From a virus (taxonomy: Duplodnaviria > Caudoviricetes): 43,793 nt of DNA. Positions 17,490 to 27,141 of this stretch are shown piece by piece. A program made the position numbers and the translations under genes. The stretch is taken from positions 1-43,793 of the IMG/VR virus record IMGVR_UViG_3300037445_000034; one strand, written 5' to 3'. The stretch's first letter is position 1. Each line of letters opens with the position of its first letter. Below the pieces are notes generated by a model. It did not search any database. It worked only from the letters and a program-made list of their open reading frames with translations, and was not told the DNA's origin.

Positions 17490-18223
17490 GCCGCATCCGC
17501 ACCTACGCCGCGCAGAAGCTCGGCGACGCGATCGCCGCGATCGTCCGCTTCCCCGAGAAGCCGACGGTGGTCGCTGCGCCACCGAGCATGCGCACGGTCT
17601 ATCCCGCGCTCGCGGTGCTGATCGACAGCAGCGAGTGGGCGATCAGCACCGACGAGTGGGTCGAGGTCGATCCGAATCTGCAGCCCGGCGACCCCGGGTA
17701 CTTGCTCGCGGGCTTCTATCGCACCGACGCCGAGGACAACTACGTCCACGGCGACTTGTTCAAGGCGGAAACGGGCCAGTACCTCAGCCACATCGGCACG
17801 ATGCGATGCAAGGGCCGTCTGTGGATCGCGTCGCGCTCGGCAGCTCAACGCGAGCAGCTCGAAGACGATGTCGCGCTGGTGTTCTTCCGCGACGACGCGG
17901 CGCCCGGTCGATTGCTCGTCGACATCAGCGGCGTCACCGTCGGCGGCGTCGTGATCCCGTTCGGCACCGCAGCCGCGGAGATCGACACGAGCACGTGGAG
18001 CGCCGAGTTCGCGTACGACGAGCGCCTGTGGTCGTTCCTGCCGTTCCAGCTCGACGCGCCGCTGATGATTCCGCGCGACTACCCGACGTCCGATACGATC
18101 GTGCTCGCAGTGACCGAGGACCTTTCCACGCCCGTCGATTCCGTGGCAGACTTGTCGCAGCTTCAGAACGCTCTGGAGCTGACGGTCGACGGCGACGGCA
18201 ACACCGACCCGTTCACCCCCTAG
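17486..18223 (+). CDS. putative tail terminator
   Basis: YPALAV motif; immediately upstream of the sheath. Confidence 0.5.
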   Translation: MSRIRTYAAQKLGDAIAAIVRFPEKPTVVAAPPSMRTVYPALAVLIDSSEWAISTDEWVEVDPNLQPGDPGYLLAGFYRTDAEDNYVHGDLFKAETGQYLSHIGTMRCKGRLWIASRSAAQREQLEDDVALVFFRDDAAPGRLLVDISGVTVGGVVIPFGTAAAEIDTSTWSAEFAYDERLWSFLPFQLDAPLMIPRDYPTSDTIVLAVTEDLSTPVDSVADLSQLQNALELTVDGDGNTDPFTP

Positions 18224-18236
18224 CAGGAGCCTCGCG

Positions 18237-19808
18237 ATGCCCCAGCCGCGTTTTCAGGTCAGCACTTCCGACTCGTTCGGCGCCCCCGGCGTCTACATTC
18301 AGCAGAAGGCCGTAACGCCTCCGCTGCGCGGCATCTTCCGCGGCACGACGGGCTTCGTCGGCGAGTGCGTGCGCGGCCCCGCGAACAAGCTCGTTTACTG
18401 CCCGACGATCGACCGCTTCCTCGACGTGTTCGGCGGGCGCGACTACGGCATCAACGGCGGCACGCTGCGCGGCAAGGTCTGGTGGGCGCTGCAGGGCAAG
18501 CGCTTCGGCAAGTTCTACGTCGTGCGCACGATCGCGAGCGACGCGACGACGTCGAGCTACAACGCCGAGACGGCGGCGGGCGGCGGCGGCACCGAGGTGC
18601 TGCACATCGCGGCGCGCTCGCCGGGTCTGCACGGCCAGGACATCAAGGTGAAGGTCGTGAACGCGTCGAACGGCGTCACGACGTCGTTCAACCTGTCGGT
18701 GAAGCTGTACGACCGCACGTGGCTGTTCGAGAACATTTCGATCAACGGCACCGACGACAACACCGCCGTGGTGGTTGGCAGCGACGACGCGACGCCGATC
18801 GTGCTGACGAAGCTCGCGGGCGGTCGCCCGATCAACAACGCGGCGAACACCGACGGCGCCGACGCGAACGGGTACATCCCGCTCGGCGCCACGATCGCGA
18901 GCTACACGACGGTCGCCGGCAGCGATGGCACGATCGCCGACGCCGACTTCACCGGCACCGGGAAGACGATGGAGACGCTGCACGCCGCGCGCGGCATCGA
19001 CAGCAAGCTCGTCGCCGGTCGCAGCAACAGCGCGATCAAGACCAAGATCTTTGCGCTCGCGCCTACCGCGAACCTCTCGCTGTGGCTGATCTGCCCCGAC
19101 AGCGAGACCGTCACCGACACCACGTGGGTGACCGAGCTCGCGGGCTATCGCCACCGCGCGATCGTGCCCGTGTTCAACCACCCGTACTACATCGACGGCG
19201 TGACGACCATCGAGACCGTCAACGAGCCCCACGCGCATCTCGCGGGCGTGCTCTCGCAGATCGAGTACGACATCCACCCGGGCGTCGCCGACACCGCCGA
19301 GCTGAACACGGAGATCACGCGTCTCGCGTTCGAGCTGCAGGACGGCCAGCGCGACAACCTCGACCTCGGCGGCTCGACGTACATGAACCGCGACGTGGAC
19401 CCGTCGAACAATGACGTGTTCCTGTTCGGCAACGGGCGCACCGCCGACCTGACGCTGAACAACTCGCAGGTGGACGGCGAGCGCTCGAAGATGTACCTGA
19501 TCATGGGCCTCGCGACGCGCATGCGCGGCGACGAAAAGAAGCCCAACACGCCCACGGCGCGCGCGAAGCGCAAGGGCGCCTTCGAAGGCTGGCTCACCGA
19601 GCTGGCGGACGCCGAGCGCTTCGTCGACAAGGACGATCAGGGCAATCCGCAGTTCACGGTCGTCAACAACGATTCGGTGAACACCGCGACCGACCGCAAG
19701 AACGGCATCCAGCGCGATCTCGTGCGCGTCGCGCTGATCCCGAAGAACCTCTACCTGCAGCTGCAGATCGAGGCCGGCACGAGCGTCGTGATCACCGATC
19801 AGGGCTAG
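18237..19808 (+). CDS. contractile tail sheath protein
   Basis: APGVYIQ, GFVGECVRGP, ARSPGLHGQDIKV, NNDSVNT...NG motifs. Confidence 0.92.
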   Translation: MPQPRFQVSTSDSFGAPGVYIQQKAVTPPLRGIFRGTTGFVGECVRGPANKLVYCPTIDRFLDVFGGRDYGINGGTLRGKVWWALQGKRFGKFYVVRTIASDATTSSYNAETAAGGGGTEVLHIAARSPGLHGQDIKVKVVNASNGVTTSFNLSVKLYDRTWLFENISINGTDDNTAVVVGSDDATPIVLTKLAGGRPINNAANTDGADANGYIPLGATIASYTTVAGSDGTIADADFTGTGKTMETLHAARGIDSKLVAGRSNSAIKTKIFALAPTANLSLWLICPDSETVTDTTWVTELAGYRHRAIVPVFNHPYYIDGVTTIETVNEPHAHLAGVLSQIEYDIHPGVADTAELNTEITRLAFELQDGQRDNLDLGGSTYMNRDVDPSNNDVFLFGNGRTADLTLNNSQVDGERSKMYLIMGLATRMRGDEKKPNTPTARAKRKGAFEGWLTELADAERFVDKDDQGNPQFTVVNNDSVNTATDRKNGIQRDLVRVALIPKNLYLQLQIEAGTSVVITDQG

Positions 19809-19829
19809 TAGACACGTTCACGTACTGAC

Positions 19830-19850
19830 GTCGCTCGCAGATCGAGCGAC
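19830..19850. repeat. GTCGC-N11-GCGAC dyad copy
   Basis: GTCGC tcgcagatcga GCGAC-AC-GGAG between sheath and tube. Confidence 0.7.
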
Positions 19851-19861
19851 ACGGAGGGCAG

Positions 19862-20296
19862 ATGGCCGCGACCGAAATCCGAGCGAAAGAGGCGAACGCG
19901 CAGCTGACCGTCGATGGTCGGCGGCTCGGCGGCTCGTTCTCCACCATCAAGGATCTGTCGATCAAGCCCGACAAGGAGATCGCGAAGAAGCGTTTCCCGG
20001 GCATGAAGCGAGCAGTCGGCGACCTCGACATCAAGGGGTACGACTTCAGCTTCAAGACAGAGAAGCGCGACCACGCGTGGCGCACCGTCTGGGGCCTGTT
20101 CGAGCAGGCCGACAAGAACGGCACGGTGTTCCCCGTCGTGACGATCGCGATCACGTACAGCTACCGCGACGGCAGCTCGGACGTGCGCACGAACACGCTG
20201 CACGGCGACCTCATCCTCGCGCTCGACGACACGAACCTGCCCGAGTCCGGCTACCTGATGGACTCGTGGACCGGCTTCGGCTCGTTCTTCACCTGA
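19862..20296 (+). CDS. tail tube protein
   Basis: 144 aa directly after the sheath; GGAGG RBS. Confidence 0.8.
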   Translation: MAATEIRAKEANAQLTVDGRRLGGSFSTIKDLSIKPDKEIAKKRFPGMKRAVGDLDIKGYDFSFKTEKRDHAWRTVWGLFEQADKNGTVFPVVTIAITYSYRDGSSDVRTNTLHGDLILALDDTNLPESGYLMDSWTGFGSFFT

Positions 20297-20341
20297 TCGG
20301 TTTGCGTCGCGCGGCGCCGGCGGGGCGCGACGCGAGCCGAC

Positions 20342-20362
20342 GTCGCTTCCTCGAGGTGCGAC
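20342..20362. repeat. GTCGC-N11-GCGAC dyad copy
   Basis: GTCGC ttcctcgaggt GCGAC, just after a 16-bp hairpin (20297-20340). Confidence 0.6.
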
Positions 20363-20401
20363 GGCAACCAAGCCGCCGGACGAACGGGAAGCAACGGGAA
20401 C

Positions 20402-20797
20402 ATGGGCAAGCCTTTCTCTCTGACGAAGTACAAGGGTGTCAGCATCGAGACGTTCGAGCTCGAAGAGCTGATCGGCGACGACAGCCTCGACGCGTTCGCG
20501 CGCATCGTGGCGCCGGGCGGCGCGGCGTCGAACCAAACCGCGATGGGCGTCATGCACCTGAATCAGCTGATCGCGCAGTCGATCAGCAAGGTGAACGGCG
20601 AGCTGGTCGTGCGCCCCTTCACGGCGTGGACGAAGTGGAACCTGCGCACACAGGACTTCGTCACCGCTGCCTTCACGCGCTACAACGGCATCACGAAGGA
20701 GGAGCGCGAGGGTTTTTTGGCGGACAGCTTCGGAACACCCGCCGAAGCCTCCAGTACGCCCTCGTCACCGAGTGGACCTGGGTCGCCTGGCACCTGA
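20402..20797 (+). CDS. tail assembly chaperone (gpG-like)
   Basis: Between tube and tape measure; contains slippery G-GGT-TTT. Confidence 0.8.
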   Translation: MGKPFSLTKYKGVSIETFELEELIGDDSLDAFARIVAPGGAASNQTAMGVMHLNQLIAQSISKVNGELVVRPFTAWTKWNLRTQDFVTAAFTRYNGITKEEREGFLADSFGTPAEASSTPSSPSGPGSPGT

Positions 20798-20925
20798 AGG
20801 GCGCAGCCGGCACGCTGCGCGAGTGGCTGAAGCTGACGAACATCGAGCGTGAGATGATTCGAGACCGCGTCAACCACCACATCGAGCAGCACAACTCACA
20901 GGGCGGCGACCACGACGACGTCTGA
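20710..20925 (+). CDS. -1 frameshift extension of the tail chaperone (gpGT-like)
   Basis: GGGTTTTTT at 20710-20718; the -1 frame is open to TGA 20925 (...EWTWVAWHLKG...EWLKLTNIEREM...), with no independent start. Confidence 0.8.
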   Translation, partial: GFFGGQLRNTRRSLQYALVTEWTWVAWHLKGAAGTLREWLKLTNIEREMIRDRVNHHIEQHNSQGGDHDDV

Positions 20926-20958
20926 CGTCGCGGACGCCGGCGCCGACACGAAGGGAAC

Positions 20959-22914
20959 ATGGGCCTCGTCGAAGCAGCCACCTATCGCGTTGACACGGTC
21001 TACGGCGTTCGCAGCGAGAACGCCGTCAAGGGCCTGAACGACGTCGAGCACGCGGCGCACAGCGCGCACAGCGCGACGTCGGGGCTTTCGCACGCGCTCG
21101 CTGCTGTCGGCATCGGCATCGGCATCCACGAGGCGAAGCACGCGCTGATCGGGTTCAACGAGGAAGTGCAGAACGCGAAGATCTCGCTCTCTGCGATGCT
21201 CGGGGCCGGCTACGGCGTCAGCTGGGAGCAAGCGAGCGCGGGCGCCGACAAGCTGTACGGCCGGTATCAGCGCATCAGCCAACAGCTGCCGATCACGACG
21301 CAAGAGCTGACCGAGTTCGGCAACGCGATCACGATCGCGACGATTCAGACGGGCGGCGGGCTCGGCGACATCGAGCGCATCGCGACGAAGGGCAGCCTCG
21401 CCGCGAAGGTGTTCGGCAAGGAGACGAAGGAGACCGCGTTCGCGATCACCGAGATGCTTCAGGGCAACGCACGGAAGCAGAACAGCACCGTGCAGCTGAT
21501 CCTCGGGCTCGCGCACACCGAGGCGAAGGCATTCAACGCGCTGTCGCCAGAGAAGCGGCGCGCGATGGTCGAGAGCGTGCTCGAATCGCCCGCGATGCAG
21601 TCGGCACAGGCGGCGTTTACCGGCAGCTTCAGCGGCGTAGTGAGCACGCTCGAGGATCGGCTGCAGCTCTTCTTCGGCAAGGTCGGCCTGCCGCTCTTCA
21701 AGGCGATCACCGCCGAGGTGCAGTCGTGGAACGAGTGGCTGGAGAAGAACTCGCTGAAGGTCGACGCGTTCGCGAAGGAAGTCGGAGAGAAGCTCGTCGA
21801 CGGGTTCAAGACCATCAAGAGCGTCTTCGAGTTCCTGTACAACCACGCCGACACGCTCGTCGCGATCGCGAAGGCGTACGCGGCGATCAAGATCGGTAGC
21901 ATGCTCGGCAACCTCGGCCAGGGCATGGCCAACAGCGTTGCAGCTGCGGCGAGCTCGGGAGGCGGGGCGGCGGGACTCGGCTCGATCGGCCCCGCGACGA
22001 CAGCGCTTGCGGTCGGCTACGCGATCGGCACGTACATCAACGAACAGAGCGGGCTCTCCGACTCGATCGCCGGCGTCGTGCGCGTCAACGGCGAGCTGCT
22101 CGACAAGACCGACAAGGTGACAGCGGCGTACGCGAAGACGGTGCGCCAGATGGAAGAACTCGACGAGTCGGTCGCCGAAGCGTCGAAGAAGCTGAACGAG
22201 CTGGCGGGCAAGAGCGCGGGCGGCTCGCAGGCCGCGGCGAACCTCGCGGGCGCCGAAGACTACGCGCGCCAGATGGTGAACCACTACAACGATGCGTTTC
22301 GCGCGGGCAAGAGCACCGAGGGCATCATCGACGAAGACTTCATGAAGCGCGCGACGCGCGAAGTGACGGCCGCCGTCGCGTCGGGCCAGTTCGGCGAGCT
22401 GAAGCAGGTCGCGGGTCCGGGCGGCAACATCAACTACCTACAGACGCAGGACGAGCGCTTCAAGATGTACGAAGGCTCGGGCAACCTCGCGGGCGCCGGG
22501 ATGCAGACGATCTTGACGGCGTACGCCGAGCTTCTGCAGTCGCGCAACGTCGGCGCGCAGACCGAGACTAACGCGCTGTTCTACGCCGCGCTCTCGCAGA
22601 TGCCGCAGGGACAGCGTGACATGGTCGATCAGGAGAAGGCGCTGCAAGCGACGATGTCGGAAGCGGTGCGCTTGCTCGCCGAGGGCAAGTACCTCTCGAT
22701 GGCCGACGTCATGAAGATCATCGCCGGCCCCGACGCCAAAAACCCGTTCAAGGCGCAAGCGGTCAACCACCAGACGATCAACAACACGATCCACGTCGAA
22801 GTCAGCGCGAAAGACCCCGACCGCTGGATGGCCGAGCTCGACGCGAAGGTGTCTCGCAAGATGCGCGCGCCGACGCAGGCGAAGGGCGCCGTGTACACGC
22901 GCGGCGGTCTCTAA
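20959..22914 (+). CDS. tape measure protein
   Basis: 651 aa, helical and Ala-rich; SFSGVVSTLEDRL...GLPLF pattern; follows the chaperones. Confidence 0.85.
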   Translation: MGLVEAATYRVDTVYGVRSENAVKGLNDVEHAAHSAHSATSGLSHALAAVGIGIGIHEAKHALIGFNEEVQNAKISLSAMLGAGYGVSWEQASAGADKLYGRYQRISQQLPITTQELTEFGNAITIATIQTGGGLGDIERIATKGSLAAKVFGKETKETAFAITEMLQGNARKQNSTVQLILGLAHTEAKAFNALSPEKRRAMVESVLESPAMQSAQAAFTGSFSGVVSTLEDRLQLFFGKVGLPLFKAITAEVQSWNEWLEKNSLKVDAFAKEVGEKLVDGFKTIKSVFEFLYNHADTLVAIAKAYAAIKIGSMLGNLGQGMANSVAAAASSGGGAAGLGSIGPATTALAVGYAIGTYINEQSGLSDSIAGVVRVNGELLDKTDKVTAAYAKTVRQMEELDESVAEASKKLNELAGKSAGGSQAAANLAGAEDYARQMVNHYNDAFRAGKSTEGIIDEDFMKRATREVTAAVASGQFGELKQVAGPGGNINYLQTQDERFKMYEGSGNLAGAGMQTILTAYAELLQSRNVGAQTETNALFYAALSQMPQGQRDMVDQEKALQATMSEAVRLLAEGKYLSMADVMKIIAGPDAKNPFKAQAVNHQTINNTIHVEVSAKDPDRWMAELDAKVSRKMRAPTQAKGAVYTRGGL

Positions 22915-22917
22915 GCG

Positions 22918-24015
22918 ATGGCGAACACCGCAAGCATCCGCATCACCGAGCTTCGACGGCTCGGCGCCGGGCAGACCGAAGAGACGCCCGTCGTCTTCGC
23001 GTGGGACAGCCGCACGCACTCGATGCCGCAGGAGCAGCTCGAATACGAGCTGCAGATCAACACCGTGCGCGAGCTCGACCCGCTCTCCGAAGAAGTCGTC
23101 GAGCAGGTGATGGGCGCCGAGTGGCCGCCGTTCGAGATGCACGGCGAGTGGCTCGACAAGTGGGCCGGCCAGGGCTTCGCCGAGAACACCGAGCGCGAGT
23201 TCCTCCGCATGGCGGGTCGCGTGCCGCTCGTGCGCGTGCAGCTCGGCAAGCGCAGCTTCGTCGGCATCATCCAGAGCGTCAAGATCCGCTATCGCACCGA
23301 CGGCGAGATCGGCTACACGATCAAGTTCTCGCCGCACACGAACGAGAACGTCGGTGACTTCCGCCGCGTGCCCGCGACAGCGCCGCAGGCGCACCCGACC
23401 GATTCGCGTCTCTCCGAGCTCGACGACCTGCTCTCGGGGCAGTACGACGCGAACACGATCGCGGTCGCCGAGGTGCCCGCGAAGACGGAGGACGTCGAGA
23501 CGTTCGTGCAGACGCTCGACTCGGTGAGCGTCGAGCTGCGGCGCGCCGACGCCGCGTGGGACGCGATCGCGTTCGACGCGCTGCTCGTCGAAGACGCCAC
23601 GACGCTCGCCGAGCAGACGCTCGGGCGCTTGCTCGCGCTCGCGACGTCGTTCGATCGCACGGCGGACGCCGCCGACGCGATGGCGTTCGATATCTCGCAG
23701 CTCGCCGCCGTCGACGTCGTCGCCTACGATGACGTCGTGGGCGGGCTCGCGTTCGAGGAGTGGTCGCGCAACGCGCACCGCGATGCGACGCTGATGGCGG
23801 CTTCGAGCCGGGCGGCCGCCCGCGACGCGAGGGCGCGCGCAGCGCAGCACCCGCTGACGATTCACGTCGTGCGCCAGGGCGAAACGCTGATGCGCCTCAG
23901 CACGCGGTACTACGGCACGCCGAACAGCTGGCGGCTGATCTACAACGCGAACGACCTCGACTCGATCGCGCTCGTCGTCGGCACGTCGCTGATCATCCCG
24001 GAGCGGCAGCGGTAG
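22918..24015 (+). CDS. tail tube initiator with C-terminal LysM (gpX-like) domain
   Basis: HVVRQGETLMRLSTRYYGTPNSWRLIYNAN...GTSLIIP. Confidence 0.8.
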   Translation: MANTASIRITELRRLGAGQTEETPVVFAWDSRTHSMPQEQLEYELQINTVRELDPLSEEVVEQVMGAEWPPFEMHGEWLDKWAGQGFAENTEREFLRMAGRVPLVRVQLGKRSFVGIIQSVKIRYRTDGEIGYTIKFSPHTNENVGDFRRVPATAPQAHPTDSRLSELDDLLSGQYDANTIAVAEVPAKTEDVETFVQTLDSVSVELRRADAAWDAIAFDALLVEDATTLAEQTLGRLLALATSFDRTADAADAMAFDISQLAAVDVVAYDDVVGGLAFEEWSRNAHRDATLMAASSRAAARDARARAAQHPLTIHVVRQGETLMRLSTRYYGTPNSWRLIYNANDLDSIALVVGTSLIIPERQR

Positions 24016-24021
24016 CGAGCC

Positions 24022-25440
24022 ATGGCGATCTATCGCCCGCGCTGCGGCATTCAGCTCCACGTCGTCTTCGACGGTCGCGGTGGCCCCAATAAGGAGTTCA
24101 CCATCGACCACGTACGCCCGCGCTCGTGCACGGTGAGCCGCAACGGCTACCACGAAGCGGACACGTGGAACGCGACTTTCGATCTGCGCGTCTTCCCGTT
24201 CGACCCCGAAGGCATCGCGTCGATGTTCGCGCGGATCTACATGTGGGACGACCGTTTCGGCCCCGGGTACGAGTGGGCCGTCGACGACAACGAGATGGTG
24301 CGCGGCATCGCCGACGAGGACACGATCAAGATCGACAAGTCGCAGAACGAGTTCCGCGTCTCGGGTCGCGACTACACGGCGATCTTGGACCCCGAATGGG
24401 ACCCGCGGAAGCAAGTGCCAGCCGGCATCCCGCTCGTCGAGGCGGTTCAGCAGATCGCCGACAGCGCAGCGCCCGAGTCGAGCTCGGCGCGGTTCGAGGT
24501 CGTCTGGGACGTCAAGGACGACGACGGCACGCCGCTGCCGCCCACCGAGTTCCTGTCGAACGGCAGCGCGCGCTCGACGAAGAAAAAGGGGATGTGGGTC
24601 AAGCAAGGCAAGACCACGTGGGACGTGATCTACGACCTGGTGATCCAGAACGGCTTCATCGTCTTCGTCAAGGGCTCGCAGATCGTCATCACGACGCCGC
24701 GAACGCAGACGTCGAGCGAGCTGCTCGCCGCGGCGACGCTCGTGCACGGGCGCAATCTGAAGTCGCTCGAAGCCGGTCGCAAGCTCGCGAAGGAGCGCGT
24801 GCCGCGCATCCGCATCGTGTATTGGGATGCAGGCGGGCGACGGCAGTTCGATGTCGTGTACCCCGAGAAAGATCAGAAGCTCGCGATCGGGCTCGGCCTG
24901 AAGAAGAACGAGGATCTGATCTTGCCCGCGCCGACGTACTGCCACGACGCCGAGTCGGCGCTGCGCTTCGCGAAGATGCGCTGGGAGCTGATGGCGCGCG
25001 CCGAGACCGTGTACAAGTTCGAGACGCGTCACCTGCGCGCTCCGCGTGGCGACGGCTCGAACTTCCTCGCGAAGAAAGCGGCCAGCTTCCTCGGCATCGA
25101 CGACGGCTTCGACCTGCTTCGCATGCAGGCGGGCGACCCGATCGCGCTGCGCTTCGACCCGTTCAACGGCGAAGCGATGCGCGCGCTCGACAGCGGGCAG
25201 CGCGAGGAGTTCCTGCTGTCGCTCGGCTACCACCCGCGCGTCGCTGCGTTCGTTGCCGAGAATTACGAGCGGCTGACCCAGATCACCCAGGCGTACTACA
25301 CGCGCGTGATCACGTACGACTACAGCCACGATCAGGGGCTGACGATCAGTGGCGAGGGCGTCAACTTCGCGTACGAGCGTCGCGAGATTCAGTGGTCGAA
25401 CGGCGACATCAAGGCCGACACGATCTCGGGAGCGGGCTGA
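24022..25440 (+). CDS. baseplate hub (P2 gpD / T4 gp27-like)
   Basis: SGRDYTAIL, TTWDVIYDL...GFIVFVKG motifs; synteny. Confidence 0.75.
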   Translation: MAIYRPRCGIQLHVVFDGRGGPNKEFTIDHVRPRSCTVSRNGYHEADTWNATFDLRVFPFDPEGIASMFARIYMWDDRFGPGYEWAVDDNEMVRGIADEDTIKIDKSQNEFRVSGRDYTAILDPEWDPRKQVPAGIPLVEAVQQIADSAAPESSSARFEVVWDVKDDDGTPLPPTEFLSNGSARSTKKKGMWVKQGKTTWDVIYDLVIQNGFIVFVKGSQIVITTPRTQTSSELLAAATLVHGRNLKSLEAGRKLAKERVPRIRIVYWDAGGRRQFDVVYPEKDQKLAIGLGLKKNEDLILPAPTYCHDAESALRFAKMRWELMARAETVYKFETRHLRAPRGDGSNFLAKKAASFLGIDDGFDLLRMQAGDPIALRFDPFNGEAMRALDSGQREEFLLSLGYHPRVAAFVAENYERLTQITQAYYTRVITYDYSHDQGLTISGEGVNFAYERREIQWSNGDIKADTISGAG

Positions 25441-26111
25441 TGGGCGAAGCAAGCGCGCGGCGGTACTTCGGCGACGACGGCCAGATTCACACGATGGCCG
25501 CGCGCGTCGAGGCGTGGGACGGCGAGCCCTCGCACTTCGAGGTGAACGAAGAAGGCGACGTGATCATCCACTGCAAGCTGCACCGTGGCGGCACCCCGGT
25601 GAAGGCGAACCTCGGCCCGCTGTGCGCAGCTCGGGGCGCGGGCGTGTGGCTGATCCCTGACGCCGGCACCGAGGTGCTGCTCGGCAGCGACCACGGCGAC
25701 TTCGAGGGCGAGCTGTACCTGCTCGCGATGCACCCGACCGGGCAGAACCCGGGCGGGCTCGCGCCCGGGAAGGTGCTCGTGATCGGCGACGCCGTCGAGG
25801 TCCGCTCGTTCGCCGGCAAGGCGCAGGGCGTCGTCGTCGAGGCGCACCGGACCGCCGAAGACAAGCGCATCGGCGCCGAGGGCACTTACGACGCGGCGAT
25901 CGCCACGTTCATCGCGGCGCAGACTGTGTACAATGCAGCAATCGCGACGCAGCTTCCCGCGCTCGCTGTCGGCGGTCTCACGAGCCCCGCGGGATTGATC
26001 GCTGCAGCTGGCGCCGCGTTCGTAGCTGAAGCGGTGGCGATCGAAGAAGCCATCTCCGAGTTCGAAGCGGGCGCCGAGACCTACCTCGCTCGCATCCTCA
26101 AGGCAGAATAG
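25440..26111 (+). CDS. baseplate spike (gpV-like OB domain)
   Basis: TGATG coupling; GAGVWLIPDAGTEVLLGSDHGD motif. Confidence 0.75.
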   Translation: MGEASARRYFGDDGQIHTMAARVEAWDGEPSHFEVNEEGDVIIHCKLHRGGTPVKANLGPLCAARGAGVWLIPDAGTEVLLGSDHGDFEGELYLLAMHPTGQNPGGLAPGKVLVIGDAVEVRSFAGKAQGVVVEAHRTAEDKRIGAEGTYDAAIATFIAAQTVYNAAIATQLPALAVGGLTSPAGLIAAAGAAFVAEAVAIEEAISEFEAGAETYLARILKAE

Positions 26112-26119
26112 GACCAACG

Positions 26120-27133
26120 ATGCCCGCTCCCACCCCGCAGAAGACTTGGACCCTGACGCCGAACGTGCAACTGCCGTTCACGACGCTGAACCAGTGCATG
26201 GGCGACCTGCTGTTCCAGCTCGGCGGCGTCAACCAGTTCCTTCCGAAGCCGGCCGGCGTGTCGGCAAACGGCCTGACGTGCAAGGGCTCGTGCGACGGCA
26301 CCACGGGCGCGATGGACGGCACGAACCGTTGGACCGACCACACGAAGACGACGACGCGGTTCAACGGCGCGGGCGGCGCGCAGTCGTGGATCGTGTACAC
26401 GCTCGCGAGCGGCGCCGACTTGCTGCTCGCGTACGACGCTTCGAGCGACGACGTGTGCTTCATCGGCCTGTCGCCGGGCGGTCTCTACGTCGCTGCGGGC
26501 ACACCCGCGCAGAAGCCGACCGCGACCGACGAACAGGTCGTCAACGCGAGCGCGCTGTCGGTTGTCGGCTCGACCGCGAGCGCAGATCGCCGCCTGCACA
26601 TGTGGATCGACTCGACGAAGAAGCTCGTGCGTTGGGCGGTCTATCGCCAGAACGTGCTGCAGAGCATCACGCGTATCGAACAGTTCACGTCGACGGTCGA
26701 CGGCAGCGTGTCGGTGATCGCGAACCCCGTGTGGGGCTTCTTCGGCATCACCGGCAACGTGACGCAATCGAACCTCGTCGGCGGCTACAGCGGCGGTTGC
26801 GGCGGTGTCACGCGCGCAGTCGTGTCGTCGGTCGCGAAGAACATGTCGTGCGGCGGCTCGGCCGAGGTGCTCGGCGGCAGCGCGGGCTCGCTGAACTCGG
26901 CGAAGCCGCAGCTGCAGGGCGCGAGCGGCTTCGCGATGTTCCCGCTCGGCATCTCGCAGACGTCGGACGCGACGTGCCTCGGTAAGGTCGGCAACCAGAT
27001 CGACGCCTGGGTGTATGCCGACTCGGCGGCGAACGACGGCGACACCAGCGACAGCAAGGAGTTCCTCCTCGTCGGCACGCTCGGCGCGCTCGCGATTCCG
27101 TGGGACGGCGCGACCGCCCCGATCAACACCTAG
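26120..27133 (+). CDS. hypothetical virion protein
   Basis: 337 aa, Ser/Gly/Thr- and Cys-rich, AGGA RBS, within the baseplate module. Confidence 0.65.
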   Translation: MPAPTPQKTWTLTPNVQLPFTTLNQCMGDLLFQLGGVNQFLPKPAGVSANGLTCKGSCDGTTGAMDGTNRWTDHTKTTTRFNGAGGAQSWIVYTLASGADLLLAYDASSDDVCFIGLSPGGLYVAAGTPAQKPTATDEQVVNASALSVVGSTASADRRLHMWIDSTKKLVRWAVYRQNVLQSITRIEQFTSTVDGSVSVIANPVWGFFGITGNVTQSNLVGGYSGGCGGVTRAVVSSVAKNMSCGGSAEVLGGSAGSLNSAKPQLQGASGFAMFPLGISQTSDATCLGKVGNQIDAWVYADSAANDGDTSDSKEFLLVGTLGALAIPWDGATAPINT

Positions 27134-27141
27134 AGGCGAAG

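Noticed and set aside
11572-25452. Very long minus-strand ORFs (e.g. 11572-14280, 22438-25452)
   Set aside because: Antisense shadows of high-GC3 coding genes, with no recognisable motifs.
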